Part shown: positions 13,501 to 29,362 of the stretch, one piece after another
How the letters are laid out: each line of letters opens with the position of its first letter
Numbering within the stretch: position 1 is the first letter of the stretch
NCBI GenBank assembly: GCA_951406725.2
Contig: OX597814.1
Coordinates: 192,262,001-192,326,000 of the forward strand
Origin: Octopus vulgaris
Taxonomy: Eukaryota
Length of the DNA stretch: 64,000 nucleotides
Direction of reading: 5' to 3'
Position numbers and translations under genes: made by a program
Notes under the pieces: generated by a model
The model's input: only the letters and a program-made list of their open reading frames with translations
Databases searched by the model: none
What the model was told of the DNA's origin: nothing

Positions 13501-16500
13501 CTACGCCTGTATGGTATCGTTTGCTAAAGTATACATAGTAAAATGTACCATGAAATAAAACTGAAAAAATACATAAAATTTATATCAAATAAAACAACAT
13601 ACCATTGAAACAGAATATTATCACTGGTCTTGATGCAGGCATCTTCTGTGGTACTGATTCACTGCAACAACAAAACAATAAATCCATCAGGTTTATTCTT
13701 GGAAATAACATCAATTATTTTCTTACAATTATGATCATCAATCTGTATAGTGCATTTATGAATACCTTTTCTACCACTATGTATAGAAGTCATCCACCTG
13801 ATATCTAAGTAAACCTGCACACACACACCTCAGATCACTTGCCATGTCTTTTCTTTTCCACCTCTACCACCACCTTCATCATACTCTAACTTGGTGCAGA
13901 AATGTTAGCACGCCGGGCAAAATGCGTAGCCGTATTTCGTCTGCTGTTACATTCTGAGTTCAAATTCCGCCAAAGTCGACTTTGCCTTTCATCCTTTCGG
14001 GGTCGATAAATTAAGTACCAGTGAAACACTGGGGTCGATGTAACCGACTTAATCCGTTTGTCCCCTCTGTGTTTAGCCCCTTGTGGGTAGTAAAGAAATA
14101 GGTATTTGTCTATTTCCTATCTAACACACAATTTTTCCTCTTCTGAAGACAAAACAATGAAAAATAAAAAGGATCCATTTAACTTACTCCTGATTTTTGG
14201 GTCCTGAGTACATGTCTGAGAAGTGTATGTATTCTACAAGTCCTTCGTATTTTGTCAGTATGTGATGAACCTACAAACAAAAGCAAACTTTATAATTAAT
14301 AAGTAAATATAAGAGAATACAGGCTTAAATTATACAATAAACACAGGTAAAAATGTTTTGCTAAAGACAATTAGTAAACTGATACATAATAATCGTTTTG
14401 TTCATTCAATGTATAATTATCTAATTGAACTCAAGCAGTCTTGTTATATAAATTATGATAATGACCCAGGTAACAAAGACATAATTGCTAACACATTTTG
14501 AATATAAGCAATTGTCTGCAATAGGCTTTGTGCATGTGTGAATATATGGAAGCACTCCGTCGGTTACGACGATGAGGGTTCCGGTTGATCCGAATCAACG
14601 GAACAGCCTACTCGTGAAATTAACGTGTAAGTGGCTGAGCACTCCACAGACACGTGCACCCTTAACGTAGTTCTCGGGGATATTCAGCGTGACACAGAGA
14701 GTGACAAGGCCGGCCCCTTGAAATACAGGTACAACAGAAACAGGAAGTAAGAGTGAGAGAAAGTTGTGGTGAAAGAGTACAGCAGGGATCACCACCATCC
14801 CCTGCCGGAGCCTCGTGGAGCTTTAGGTGTTTTCGCTCAATAAACACTCACAACGCCCGGTCTGGGAATCGAAACCGCGATCCTATGACCGCGAGTCCGC
14901 TGCCCTAACCACTGGGCCATTGTGAATATATACAATAGATATGAAGCATCAGTGTCTGTCATTGGCTTACATGTGCTGAAATGATCAGAGATTTCTTCCT
15001 TCGACAATTTAGCATTCAGAATTTGCCAAAATGTAATGCATTGTTTTGAATTATTCATGCATTATTTTTGTAGCTTTGACATTTTGAGGATGTGATTCAT
15101 CATCATCATCATTTCACGTCTGCTCGCCATGCTAGCATGGGCTGGACGATTTGACTGAGGACTGGTGAACCAGATGGCAGCACCAGGCTCCAATCTGATC
15201 TGGCAGAGTTTCTTTAGCTGGATGCCCTTCCTAATGCCAACCACTCTGAGAGTGTAGTGGGTGCTTTTACGTGCCATCAGCACGAAGGCCAGTCAGGCAG
15301 TACTGGCAACAGCCATGCTCAAATGGTGTTTTGTATGTGCCACCTGTACAGAAGCCAGTCCAGTGGCACTGGCAACGACCTCGCTCAAATGCTTTTTCAC
15401 ATGCCACTGGCACAAGTGCCAGTAAGGCAACGCTGGTAACAATCACGCTCGAATGGTGCTTTTTACCTACGGAAGCCAGTTAGCTGCTCTGGCAACGATC
15501 GTTTAATTTTAAAAATGACAATGTAGGATAGGTGTGAGAGGTCAGATCCAGCTGGTTTGAGAATAAAACAGGAAGACTATTAGGGCCAGATAAGGCTGAT
15601 TTAAACACTAAAGGGTTAATAGAAAGCCTGTTTATAACAGGTAACATTTCCTGCATTTAGAAGCAAATCAAAATTCAGATGTTAACTGGAAGCAAAACTC
15701 CATGGTGAGTGAATGTGTATGTGTTATGTTGTTGTTGAACCCAAGATCATATCTGATCAAGCAGACATTCTCATCATGTCCACTTTTCCTTGCTTGCACT
15801 GGTCAGAGGGAGATTACTGAGGCAGATTTTCTGCAGTCAGACACCCTTCTCACCACCAACTCATTTGTTTTGAAGCAATGTATTCCTTCCCCCATGGCCA
15901 GACAAGTTTATGCAGGATGTTGGGAACAAAGGACACTGCTTGCATGGTGGTGGCGCTCATTTACAACTATCCACATGAAGTCAAGACAAGGAGATGGGCT
16001 TTGTTTGAGTGTGTGTGTATGTATGCATGTATGTATATGATGGGCTTCTTTCAGTTTCCACCTTCAAAATCTATTCACACAGTATGATTGGCCTGGGGAT
16101 ATTGTGGAAGACACTTTCTCAAAATGCCACACAGTGAGGCTGAATCCCAAATCAGATGGCTAGGAAGCAAACACCTTAACCACACAGCCATACTGCCTCT
16201 CTATATCCATAAAGCTTCAAAAAAGACAAAACATTTCCTTTAAGCTAGAATTCATTAAAAAAATCTTAGGAAACTTTACCCGTTTGTCTATGACAGCAGA
16301 TGTGGCTTCTCCAATTTCACTTAAAATCTGATAACTTGATGGCAAATCAAATTTTTCAGCATTTTTCTTTTCAGTGCAAAACTGACTCTAAAAAAGAAAA
16401 AAAAGCATAATAAATAAATAAAAATAAAGAAATAAGTAATTATTTCCCTCTTACACACAGCAAAAAAAAAAAGGGGGTTTCTTCTCAAAGCTAAACCAGC

Positions 16501-19500
16501 TAACTCACATAAATCACAAATTTATTCAATAAATTCAATTTCGTGCAATGGAAATTGTTTCTGAAACTTTATCTCGCAACTAATTATTTGAAGTATCCTT
16601 TGCTGCATTCTTTCACATTTTGAAACGTCAATTATTGAGGTATCGGTTAATAGCTGGATACTAATCCTGTTGCTTGGACTTAGCTATTTTCCAAGTAAGG
16701 ATCTTCTTACTTCACACATCAGATGAAGGTACAAACCAACAGGTGACTTGTTGATAGAGGAACAAACAAGGCCACTTGTAAGTAGCTCAGTGACTTTCAG
16801 AGAAGCACAAATGTAAACACAAAGACCTACACATTTATACATACACACACACACACACACACACACAGAGATAAATAGGCTTTTCTTCTAGATGCTTCAC
16901 AGAATGTTTATCATTATGCAAATATCCAAATTTGGAGAAAGTATCTTCTACATTCAAGCACAAATAAATAACAGCATTTTTTTTTTCGTATTAGACTATA
17001 AACCCTATTGATAATACAATCACAACCATTTTTTTATATCTTTTAATTTTGCCAAACTACAACAGATTTCAGCTTTTCAATATTACTGCTGCCTTATTTT
17101 TTTGACAATCTCTTATTTCTAATGTTTGAAATCTTATAATCTTGTTCTCATCAAGAGGCCTAACATAGTCCTGACATTCATGATGAAGAGTTTTAGTAAT
17201 TATACAATTTTAAATAACTATATGATAATTCTCTCGTTTAATGTGAAGGTGCATGGCCCAGTAGTTAGAGTGTTGCACTTACAATTCCAAGATCATGGTT
17301 TCAATTCTAGGACTTGAGCAAAACACTTCATTTCCTGTCACTCTGCAATCGCTTCAACATCTGATATGCAACACACCATGCACCTGCACAGGCAGTGTTG
17401 ATTTGATGGAGAGAGTGAGCTAGTGTATAGAATGAATATTTGACCATTATAAACAAATTTATTTAGCAAGTAATTGCAGAACTGTCATCTGTTGCTTACA
17501 ATAAGAGTCCACCGATAATAATTTTGTTTTGTAGAAATAAAATAAACAGTTAAATACTTACTAAATCATACATATCTCGATGTAACTTGGCACAAACTTT
17601 TTTCTGGGCAACACAGCAGACAAATTTATCCATTGTGTTTGGTTCCATGTCTACTGTAACAACCTAAGTGAGATTTAGAACAAAACAACTTGAAATTAAT
17701 AAGAAAGATATTTTGTAATAAATAACTTTAAAAATATACCAACAATAATAATATATGCAACAAGTTAATATATTAACAGATACATTGAGAATTTATTTTA
17801 GTATCAATGTTGTGAGCGTCGCCTCACTGGCACTTGTGCCGGCGGCACGTGAACAAAACATTCGAGCGAGGTCGTTGCCAGTGCTGCTGGACTGACTCCT
17901 GTGCCGGTGGTACATAGAAAACACCATTTACGAGCGTGGCCGTTGCCAGTACCACCTGACTGGCCCTCGTGCTGGTGGCACTTTAAAAGCACCCACTACA
18001 CTCTCAGAGTGGTTGGCGTTAGGAAGGGCATCCAGTTGTAGAAACCTTACCAGATCAGATTGGAGCCTGGTGCAGCCATCTGGTTCGCCAGTCCTCAGTC
18101 AAATCGTCAACCCATGCTAGCATGGAAAATTTATTTTAGTATCAATAACTATTGTCTTTATTGTTGTAAAGCAGTCTTTTGTCATTGTTGTATCTGTCTT
18201 TTGACAACGGTTGTCCCTCTCACAGGTACTGTTATATTCCGAAGTCATCAATAGCATGGTTCTGTTTGGCACTGTACAACTCCCGGTTGTACAGTGCTAT
18301 TATCCTCAAAGGGATGGATCGTTATAACATCCACTTAGTATATCAGTATAATTTCTATATCAGAACAGACATGGCTATCAACACAACAGTATACCCATAC
18401 TCTTGACCTTTTCTGTGTTGACCAGCTACTGGTCTATTTATAATGGCTGGCTACTACCACTTTTACCAAGAGGGGTGTACAGTTTCACTAAACAACATTT
18501 ATTGCAACAATAAAAAGATATTGATTTCCTTTGATTAAGACCAAGACCAAATTAGATAAGATAAAGTCATTTGAACTAATCTTAGATAAATAGAATAAAA
18601 CAGTGAAGATGGAGGGCTTCATACAATGTGAAAAGGAAAAAGTTTAATAACCTTTATGTATTTCAAGCACAAACTCCTATCATCAGAAGTAAACAGTCAA
18701 GAAATGTTTCATCATCATCATCACCACCATCATTTAACATCCCTTTTCCATGCTGGCATGGGCTGGATGGTTTGACAGGAGCTGGCAGAAACGTTAGCAC
18801 GCTGGATGAAATGCATAGCAGTATTTCATCTGTAGCTACGTTCCAAGTTCAAATTCCACCAAAGTCGACTTTGCCTTTCATCTTTTCGGGGTCAATTAAA
18901 TAAGTACCAGTTACGCACTGGGGTCGATATATTCGACAATCCGTTTGTCCTCTCTGTGTTTAGTCCCTTGTGGGCAGTAAAGAAATAAGGAGCTGGCCAG
19001 CCAGGGGGCTGTCCTGGCACTTTTTGCCTGTTTCCGCATGGTTTCTATGGCTGGATGCACTTCTAACACCAACCACTTCACAGAGTGTGCTGGGGTGCTT
19101 TTTATATGGCACCAGTAAGAGTGCTTTTAGATGACACTGACAAAAGTGCTTTTTATGTGGTACCAGCACAAGTACATGTTGCTGGCAGGAGTGTGTTTTA
19201 TGTGGTGCTGGTACAACTGTATTTGTAAGGTGGCAAGCTGGCAAAATCGTAAGCACACCAAGCAAAATGCTAAGCGGTATTTCGTCTGCCGCTACGTTCT
19301 GAGTTCAAATTCCACCAAGGTCGACTTTGCCTTTCATCCTTTCGGGGTCGATTAAATAAGTACCAGTTACGCACTGGGGTCGATATAATCGACTTAATGT
19401 TTGTCTGTCCCCTTGTGGGTAGTAAAGAAATAGGTACAACTGCATTTTATGTTGTGCAGGCACAGGTTGTAAAGGACTTTGATCAACAGGGCTAGTTCTG

Positions 19501-22500
19501 TATAGACAAACATTTCTTAACCGTTTAATTCTGAAGGTGGGCCTTTGTGACTGAAATATATCATCATTGCTATTTAACATGTGTTCTATGCTGGCATAAT
19601 TGGATGGTTTATAGGTTCTGATGGGTCCATAAAACTGCACCATGCTACAGTGTCTGCTTTAGTATGGTTTCTACAGCTGGATACCCTACTTAATACTAAT
19701 CATTTTACAGCATGTACTGGGTGCTTTTTTTTTTTTGGTCATTGGAATTAGTGAGATCAGCTTGCAGAGCTATAAAACCCAGTGGGATGGGATGGGGTAT
19801 TTATGAGAGAAGATGAGGGGTTAAAGTATGAAAGATGGGGAAGAGGGGCAAGCAGGTTCTTGTAAAAGAGCTACATGATAACTCCAGTTGGAGATGCAGG
19901 TCCAGGTAGCTCCTCAAGGTATGAGGTGAGTAGAAGAGCTAAGAAGAACTAAGTGTGGGGTTGCAAGAGATGAGGGATGGGAGGTGGGCAACAACTTTAA
20001 AGATTGGGTAGGATTGAAGAGTAGATGTAGAGAATGATGGATGACCAATGATACAGGAGTTGTGGAAAGTGGAGGGATGTAGAAGAGAGAGAGAGAGTCA
20101 GGTGCAAAGTATGAGGGGAGATAATTTGGTAATTAGTGGGGATAGGGTGCTGGATCACAAGCATGTGGGTGAGGAGAACACAAATGGATGAATGGCTAAG
20201 TGACATGGTTCTAGGTAGCAAGAAAAGTAGGATAGTTTCGGTGCGGGAGAGTTGCAGTGACAAAGATATTGAGTGAGAGGAGGTATTTGGAGGAGATTGG
20301 ATGATGTGCCCATTTGTGCATATACACACACAGTGCTTCCAGAAGTTAGTTTTGTAGAGGTGGGCAGGTCTTCTCCAGAGCCTTTTATACCCCCAGATAA
20401 CTCAATCCTTTGTTATCTTCTCCAGCAAACATTTTTCTTTTTGGTTTGTAAAAGGTCTCCATTTTTATCATCATCATCATCATTTAACGTCCGTTTTCCA
20501 TCCTGGCATGGGTTGGACAATTTGACAGGCGCTGGCCAGATTCTAACTGACTATTGTGGCATGGTTTCCGTGGCACCTTTCCTAATGCCAACCACTTAAA
20601 GTGTGCTGGGGGGCTTTTTACATTCTACCAGTATGGGTGTGTTTACACAAGTGTATTCCATGTGGCACCAGCATGCTTTAAGCAAACTACAATGCTCTTC
20701 TAACCTTAGATAATTACTGGGTTTTCTTCCCAACTGAAACCAAAACGTAAGACAGACCAGCATGTAGCTTTAACCCAAAATATTTAGTTAAGTGTTCTGG
20801 CCAATTTATAAAAAAAAAATTTTTTAATTCAAAAAAATTTTTTTAAATTAAAAAACTCACCAGAAAGGAAAAAAATATATTTTTAGACTTATTAAGAGAC
20901 ACAAAATGAATTTGTTAAATAAAATTTCTCTTGTGTAATGGACATTCTGAATCTGAACAACTTTATGTTTTACTCACAATTTGATCTGACGCAGGTTTCA
21001 AAGCTCGAGCGATAGTATTCACTAAATCTTGTCGTTTGATGAACTTTAATTCAACTAACATTCCCTCAACATAGACACGACCACTGCACCAAAGAACATA
21101 AACATTCTCTGATTCTTTGAGCAACATTCCTGACTGAGCATCTTTGGTAGCTCCATCATCCCCTGTAAAAAAGACAAAAAAAACCTTGGAAAAATGGACA
21201 ATGAAACAATGATGTTGATGACGATGCAGTAAACAGGGAAAAGATGAGAAAGGATACTCTCTTTACTCTTTTACTTGTTTCAGTCATTTGACTGCGGCCA
21301 TGCTGGAGCACCGCCTTTAGTCGAGCAAATCGACCCCGGGACTTAATCCTTGTAAGCCCAGTACTTATTCTATCGGTCTCTTTTGCCGAACCGCTAAGTT
21401 ACGGCGACGTAAACACACCAGCATTGGTTGTCAAGCAATGCTAGGGGGACAAACACAGACACACAAACATACACACATATATATATATACATATATACGA
21501 CAGGCTGCTTTCAGTTTCCGTCTACCAAATCCACTCACAAGGCTTTGGTCGGCCCGAGGCTATAGCAGAAGACACTTGCCCAAAATGCCACGCAGTGGGA
21601 CTGAACCCGGAATCATGTGGTTGGTTAGCAAGCTACTTACCACACAGCCACTCCTCGCCTTTTCATTTTTAAAAACTTTTCAGTTCTTCTGGATAAGGCT
21701 GTAACTGAAGGAGCATGACTTTCCCATCCTCTCAGCAGTTTGGTGATTCATTTATAAATCTTAGAGTTTCACAATGATTACAGGGAATATTCATGTCACC
21801 AATGTTGTAACTTCCAACCAGATGCTTACAGATTTTTTGACAGTATCTCATTTTCATTTCCTGTTCTACTTTGAGCACGTTATTTTATATGCTGTAAATA
21901 TTCACTGGATTCTCTTTAATTCATATTTCCCCTTCTATGCTGCTGCTCTCATGTTTGTTCTTGTGAGTCAACTCTCTGCTTCTCTTTACAACATTACTTA
22001 TACCATCCCATCCTTTCTCTTGTTAGCATATCTCATCTGTTATCCATATTTTCATCATCATCATTGTTTAACGTCTGTTTTCCATGCTAGCATGGGTTGG
22101 ACGGTTCAACCGGGATCTGGGAAGCTAGGAGGCTGCACCAGGCTCCAGTCTGATCTGGCAGTTTCTACAGCTGGATGCCCTTCCTAACGCCAACCAGTCC
22201 GTGAATGTAGTGGGTGCTTTTTACATGTCACTGGCACAGACGTGCTCAATTTTCAAGTGAGCAGATAATAAATAGTTGCAATTACCTGCATGCATTAAGT
22301 GATAGGCGATATAAAATTTAGTTCAATAAAAAGAAAAATCAACACTTTTCATTATCCACTAATCACCACCATTACTATCATTCTAGTTTTCAGTAACAAA
22401 GCTCAGTATAAGTTTGCCAACCAAGATTACTTTCGTTTCATTTCAGTTCTTTTGGTTGTTTTTATCTACTTTTCTTTCTATCGATGTATTGATCTATTCC

Positions 22501-25500
22501 GACAATACAAAGTTCAAATAACAAATTAAACATAAAAATATAACATTCACAGCTATTTTGCTAAGTTATTTCACTATCATTAAAAAATCTATCTTTTAAT
22601 CTATAAGTTTCTTATTATATTTAATATAAACCTTCTTTGCAACTTCCACCCATCAATGTATTCGTCAATGTGGATAGATAAATAGATTGACAAACAGAAG
22701 ATATAAAAAAATTGAATATTAAAATGTTATTTTATCAGTCACAATAATATATGATGTTTAAAATTTCCTTATGCTAGACACTTTATATTTCTCTCTCCTA
22801 TCTTCAACAAACTTTTTAACCCTGTAATTCTCTTCATGTCATCACTTCTCTCTCTTTACCTCTCACTTCCACTAACCACGTGACATTGTAATGCATCAGT
22901 TGGCATAGCGTCTCACTTTTCATATAACTGCCTGCCCCTCTCTATCTGCATTTCTTTAACCTCACCACACAACTTCGCATCTCTGCCAAACATTATACTG
23001 CTTTCATTTTCTCTATCTCTCCCTTCATCTCACTTTTTAATAGCATAACTATTACTTTTCCTCTACCCCACATCAGTAACACTTCTCTTTCTCGCTCTTC
23101 ACATCTCCCTTCAACTAACCACGCATTCAGACTTAGTGTATTAATACAGAGGTAACAATAGTAATACTGAATGGGTCCCAACTTACCAACAATATAAAAA
23201 TTTGAATATAGCAGTTCTTTATGTCCATTAAGCCAAGCTTGAGCCAACTTGTGGTTTTTTGATTTTCCAGCCAGAAAGTTCAAGAAATATGCACAAAGCC
23301 CACCCAACATCAACATTTCCATATAAAAACTGTCCCAGTTGGTGTGTAAATGGTAAGGTATCTGAAAATAAAATATGAAATCACAGTAATTAAACACTGT
23401 TATAACTATTTCTTTACTACCCACAAGGGGCTAAACACAGAGAGGACAAACAAGGACAGACAAACGGATTAAGTCAATTACATCGACCCCAGTGCGTAAC
23501 TGGTACTTAATTTATCGACCCCAGAAGGATGAAAGGCAAAGTCGACCTCGGCGGAATTTGAACTCAGAACGTAGCGACAGACGAAATACCGCCGAGCATT
23601 TCGCCCGGCACGCTAATGATTCTGCCAGCTCACCGCCTTCTGTTGTAACAATAGTCGGCTTTCAAAAAATTTCATTAGGACTTGTAATTCCACTATAACT
23701 ATTCTAAATAATTCTTGACATTTCAAATATTATGAATGGCCTTACTGGAAGAAAACAACAAAATCAAAAGTTTGTACGAGATCTAAGATTTCTTTGCTTG
23801 ACAAAACATTTATGGCATGCAAGCAATTATAATATCTGGTAGTTGTAGCAGAACTAATAACATGGCTGTGTGGCTAGGAAGCTTGCTTTACAACCACATA
23901 GTTTTAGGTTCAAACCCACTGTGCAGTACCTCGCACAAGTGTCTTCTAATATAGTCCTGAGCTGATCAATGCCTTGTAAGTGAATAAGGTAGACGGAAAC
24001 GGTGGAAGCTTGTCACGTGTATATGTCTGTGTTGCATATTTATGTTGTCGTCGGCACCTCTGCTTGACAACTGGTGTTGGTTTGTTTACACCTCCAAAAT
24101 TTAGCAGTTCAGCAAAAAAATAAAAATAACAGACTTCAAGTAAGTATTGGGGCTGATTTGTTCAACTAGAGCTCTCCAAGGTGGTGCCCCAGCCTGGCTA
24201 CAGTCTAATAACTGAAACAAGTAAAAGAAAGATATATATGTATATTTACATTTGGAATAGTGAGTCCAGGAGAGGCTTCATGTGATTTGCCTTTGCCAAA
24301 ATTACGTTCCTTATCGTCAAATCCTTCAAATTCTTCATCATCATTCAAATAATCATTCTCATCATCTTCCGTCTGAAAAGAATGCAAAAAAAAATCATGA
24401 AAAAAACCCAGGTCACATCAGCAAATATCATATACCTGACTAGAAGCCCAATATTTACAAACTCGGAAAATTTGTTAACATAACTATAATGGTGGGTTTT
24501 TTTTTTTTGGAAACCCTATGGATACTGGTGCCATGTAAAGATCACTTGTGCTGGCACATTGTAAAGAGCACCAGTTCCAGCCCCACTTTAAGAGCACCCA
24601 TGCTGGTGCCATGTAAAAAGCACCCACTACACTCTGTAAAGTGGTTGGCTTGCCAGCTCCAGTCAAACCGTCCAACCCATGCCAGCATAGAAAACAGACA
24701 TTAAATGACAATGATAGCAAAATTAAATGATCTGCATTTGATAATCTATATCCTCCTCATATTTTAGCAGCTGTTTTTCCATGCTGGTATGGGTTGGACC
24801 AGTTGTCATGATCTGTGCTATCTTGCACTGAGCAACAAAGAAAGCCAACCAACTTTTTGTTGTGTACATCCAACACATGCAGATTGGGTGCACTTTATCT
24901 TGCCATTAGCACGAGAGAAAATATCTATAGAAAGAGGACCAAGGAGTCTCCTTGACTTTATATCAGTTCTTGATTGAAGTTACTGCCTTCTTAGATAGGT
25001 ATACAGAAGACCTAGATCTTCTTCAAGCTGAATTTGCTAAAGAATTAAAAAAAAAAATTCCAAACGTAAAAAGAAAGCTTAAAATCAAGAAGCCTTAACT
25101 CTTTCGCTACCAACCCGGCTGAAACCGCCTCTGGCTCTGTAGTACAAATGTCTTGTTTTCAAATGTTCAGAATTAAAATCTTCCACCAAACCTGAGTCAC
25201 AATTTATGTTCCTAAAACTAGCTTAATGATAACTAATATATTTTACTAAATTCTTTGTTACATTTGAAGTAATTGAAAGACACACAGAGCATCTCAAAAT
25301 AAATACAGTAAGGAAAGGGTTAAAATAAACTAGCAAAGACAAACATTTATTGAGCAAGAAAGATGACTACTTCTTGGGAAAATGCACAAAAACCTGAAAA
25401 TGAAATGAGCATGCTCCTCTGTTATGTTAGTGTGCATACATTTTGACACAAATAAGCTACTCTGCAACAATATATTCCAGTATTTTCAACTCTTATGCAT

Positions 25501-25977
25501 ATGTCACACAAATATAACATCTACTTATGGATTTAGAATAGGATAAGCAGATGTGCTTCAAGAGGACACACCTTGGATTTTAACCTTATCTACATTATGT
25601 ATATATATATATAGTGCGTTGTCTCTGTGGTGCATCGGGTTAGCACATTGGCTGTTAACCGAAAGGTTGGTGGTTTGAGCACACCCAGGGACACAAGTGT
25701 TTGTGCTCTTGAAAGACAGCGGTGCATCAGCATGGCCGCACCTCGAGCTGAAACTAGAGAGAGAGAGACAGAGAGATTGGAAATATTTGTCTAGAACACA
25801 AAATACCTCCACAGTAGCATCGTCATCTTCAGCAGTATTATCAGGATATTGGGACCATTTTTGTTGCTGCTGCTGCTGTTGCTCTTCTGAAGACTGTTTT
25901 GACCAGCCTTGTGCCTCAGAGGGGAACTTTCTAGGTGCAATCCCATGGTCATTCATGAACAAAGGGGGTCTCAGTCA

Positions 25978-26072
<95 letters not shown>

Positions 26073-28264
26073 GAGAGATTGGAAATATTTGTCTAGAACA
26101 CAAAATACCTCCACAGTAGCATCGTCATCTTCAGCAGTATTATCAGGATATTGGGACCATTTTTGTTGCTGCTGCTGCTGTTGCTCTTCTGAAGACTGTT
26201 TTGACTCACTTCCTAAATATGTTTCTTGTTGATTGTAGTTAGAATTCGAATCAACCGGATCATCTGTAAAGAGACACAGAGCTCATAATTAATAACAACT
26301 CAAAGACCAAATAGCTATATATAGATATATATATAGTTAATCCAAACATGAAAACACAAAGAGAAAACACAACAACGCGAGGATGTGGAACAAGTATAGT
26401 GTTATTGGACACTCAGGAAAGGTAAGAAAGGAGGAGGACTTAACGTTTCGAGTGGAGCTCTTCATTAGAAACATAGGAAAAGGAAAGATCCAAGGAAGGG
26501 AAGACGGAGGAGAAAAATTGCCAATGGTACACACGCAGTCACATTTTGAATGACCAGAAGGGAATGAGATATATATATATATATAGTTGAAATGCATAGA
26601 CAAACAAAAAACGAAAACAGGTGTATGAACCACAAGCAAGTGTATTAGTTTGACGCTCAGGAAAAATAAAAAAGTCTTTTACATTTCAAGCCTATGCTTT
26701 TCAACAGAAAGGAATAAGACAAAATAAACAGAGAGAGAGAATGAAAAAAACTTGTAGATTTCAGTGGTCCATGCATCTAACCCATGCCAGCATGGAAAAC
26801 AAATGCTAAATGTTGATGATGTTATGCTTAGAAGCAATGCACATTACCAGAATATTTTTACTCAAATCAAATGGAACAAACTATTCAAATCCTTGTTAGA
26901 ATATTCACATAAATGGCGTTGGAACAGGCGAGTTTGTATTGGCAAAGTCGTATATACGCACATTATATATACTCATATGTATATGTGTGTGTCCATTCTA
27001 TATTTACATGTGTATGATCAGAGCCTATTATGCACTTGGGCCAGTCACTGGTTTGAGGGTATCTTCCCTCAACTTTCCCACTTTCCAAGGAAATCCCGTT
27101 AAGGCACAGACAATGCCTTCTCAGTTGTATAAAGTATAATATTTTGAAATGTATCAACTGAAGAAGGTCTTGCATAATTTCCTGTTATCTATTACATAAT
27201 GATCTGAAATATACATATTAAATGCTTTCAAAATATCACTATCTGGCTTGACCTTATTATTCTATATAACAGTAACGGTTAAGATTTATTGTTATAACGG
27301 CATGTTGTATGATGTGAAAGATGAACAATGCATGAAGTTTTAAAAAAGTATTTATTTACCGTTACATTAAAATACCTTGCCTCGACGGGCAGGTTTTGAT
27401 ACATCCTAAAGCATGCGAAGTAAAGTTTGTGCTTGTGTCCTCTTCATTGCTTAGCAGTAATTACAGAGAGATAGATAGAATGATGTTGTAAGAGAACAGA
27501 ATTAGAGCTAGTGAGAGTTGTAGGGTGTTGTCTCACAGTTGCTGACAGTAAACTTCATTTCTCCCTCTGACCAAGGTTCTAGCTAGTCAGTCAGACTAGT
27601 TGTCACCGAAGTGGCTAACTGGTTGAGTCGCCACCATGTGACTGGATCATTTTTGCTTGGGGTGTTCTTGCTTTTATAATTATCCAAAAGGATAGATATA
27701 TCATTCAGAACAATAGAGTTAGTTGGTGGTCTTGTTATCTCTATTCTAGCCTTTGGTGAAGTAGAAGAGGTAGGTTATAAGGGTCAAGTGGTGAAGACAT
27801 TATTTCAGCTTAGCTAAAAGCATCTGGAATGTCAGAGGAAAACCATTGTTCCACCGTGGGAAAAGTTCTGTTGCAGTGTTAATTTAAATTTGGCTATGGT
27901 GGATCGAATCCACTTCATGCAAGCAAGATCCACTACATAAGCAATAGGTAAGAAAATGTACAAAAATGACATACAATAGGTACATATAATAAATGCTCAG
28001 ACCAAGTATCTAAGATCCAGCATTGAGTGAAGGGATAAATGAACTATAGAAATAAGAGTTGTCTATAAGCAATGTACAGGTTGAGCTAATATAACTATAA
28101 TGGAATAAAAGAGGGACAGGCAGTTGCAAGGCATCAAGTCAACATTTATACAGAAGAGAATAAAAAAATATAAAAATTTAGCGGAAAACTAAGAGAATCT
28201 GGAGAGTGAAAGTTCATACTGATTTGGCATAGACAGGAAATTCACAGTCCATCTTTGATTCTAT

Positions 28265-28299
<35 letters not shown>

Positions 28300-29300
28300 C
28301 ATCATTTAACATCTGCTTTCTATGTTATATGATCTGGCTGGGAACCAGCGAGATGCAGGGCTGTGTCAAGCTCCAGTGTCATCTTTAACATATAATCAAC
28401 AGCATGATGCCCTTCCTAATGCCAATTACATTACAGCAAGTACTGTGTGCTTTTTTCATGCCACCAGTACTAGTGAAGTTGCCATGTATCTTGCAAGACA
28501 AAACAAGAGAAGGAAAGGGGAAAAGTTCCCACTACTAAGAAGTATACAAAACATTTTTCAAACCTATCTTAGCAAAATTAAAATTTGACTATAACAGGTA
28601 TGGTTATTATAACAAATAATTATTACAATACTATAGTTAATTTTAAGATAGGAGTGTCAAAAGTTTATTCACTGGAATAGCCACAGGGTAGGGACCCCAT
28701 AGAAAATGTTACTCTTTTCCCTATCTGTATACATATCTCTTGTTTGAGTTATTAGCATTAAGACTTTCTCCAAAATTTTTACTTGAAACAACATTGAATA
28801 AAGTTGAAGAGATAAGATCTTATTGAATGTCAGAATTGACACTAGAATCAATAAGCAATGTGGTCAAACCACATAAAGAGATTACGCAAGTCTAGAATAA
28901 GGTGTCAAACTGAGTGGATGTTTCCATATAACATCTTGATGGCTTGCCAAATCAACCTCAGAGAAAACAATACTGCGAAAGTTGGGCATCACATCATCTC
29001 CCATCAAAGACATTGAATGATGTTGATGGTAATGTGATACCCAACTCAGAGAAGTAAATGGGAAGAGAGTTTAACGACAATTAAGACCATCTCTATGAAT
29101 ATGTAAGGGTTTTATGATGAGATTAATTATTGTTGTAGCAAAGAGAAATCTAAGAATCGAAGCAGATGCAATTGATACAAAATCAAAGCTTGTAGTTAAT
29201 ACCAAATGTACTAATAAACATATTTATTTAAATTAAACAATGTTTTCGGATATTTATAGATACCTGTGTTTGCTTTTATTATATCTTACTATAATATAAT

Positions 29301-29362
<62 letters not shown>

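Noticed and set aside
14850-14922. tRNA-like sequence (also 38148-38210 and 29648-29718)
   Set aside because: The first two continue into SINE bodies found in several copies, and none gave a convincing cloverleaf; treated as SINE heads or relics.
19790-20350. Purine-rich stretch with 108-110 aa ORFs
   Set aside because: No recognisable motif or splice structure; probably decayed retroelement or low-complexity DNA.
25558-25962. 134-aa ORF containing CCDC47-like sequence
   Set aside because: A chimera of SINE tail, duplicated exon fragment and intron; not an independent gene.
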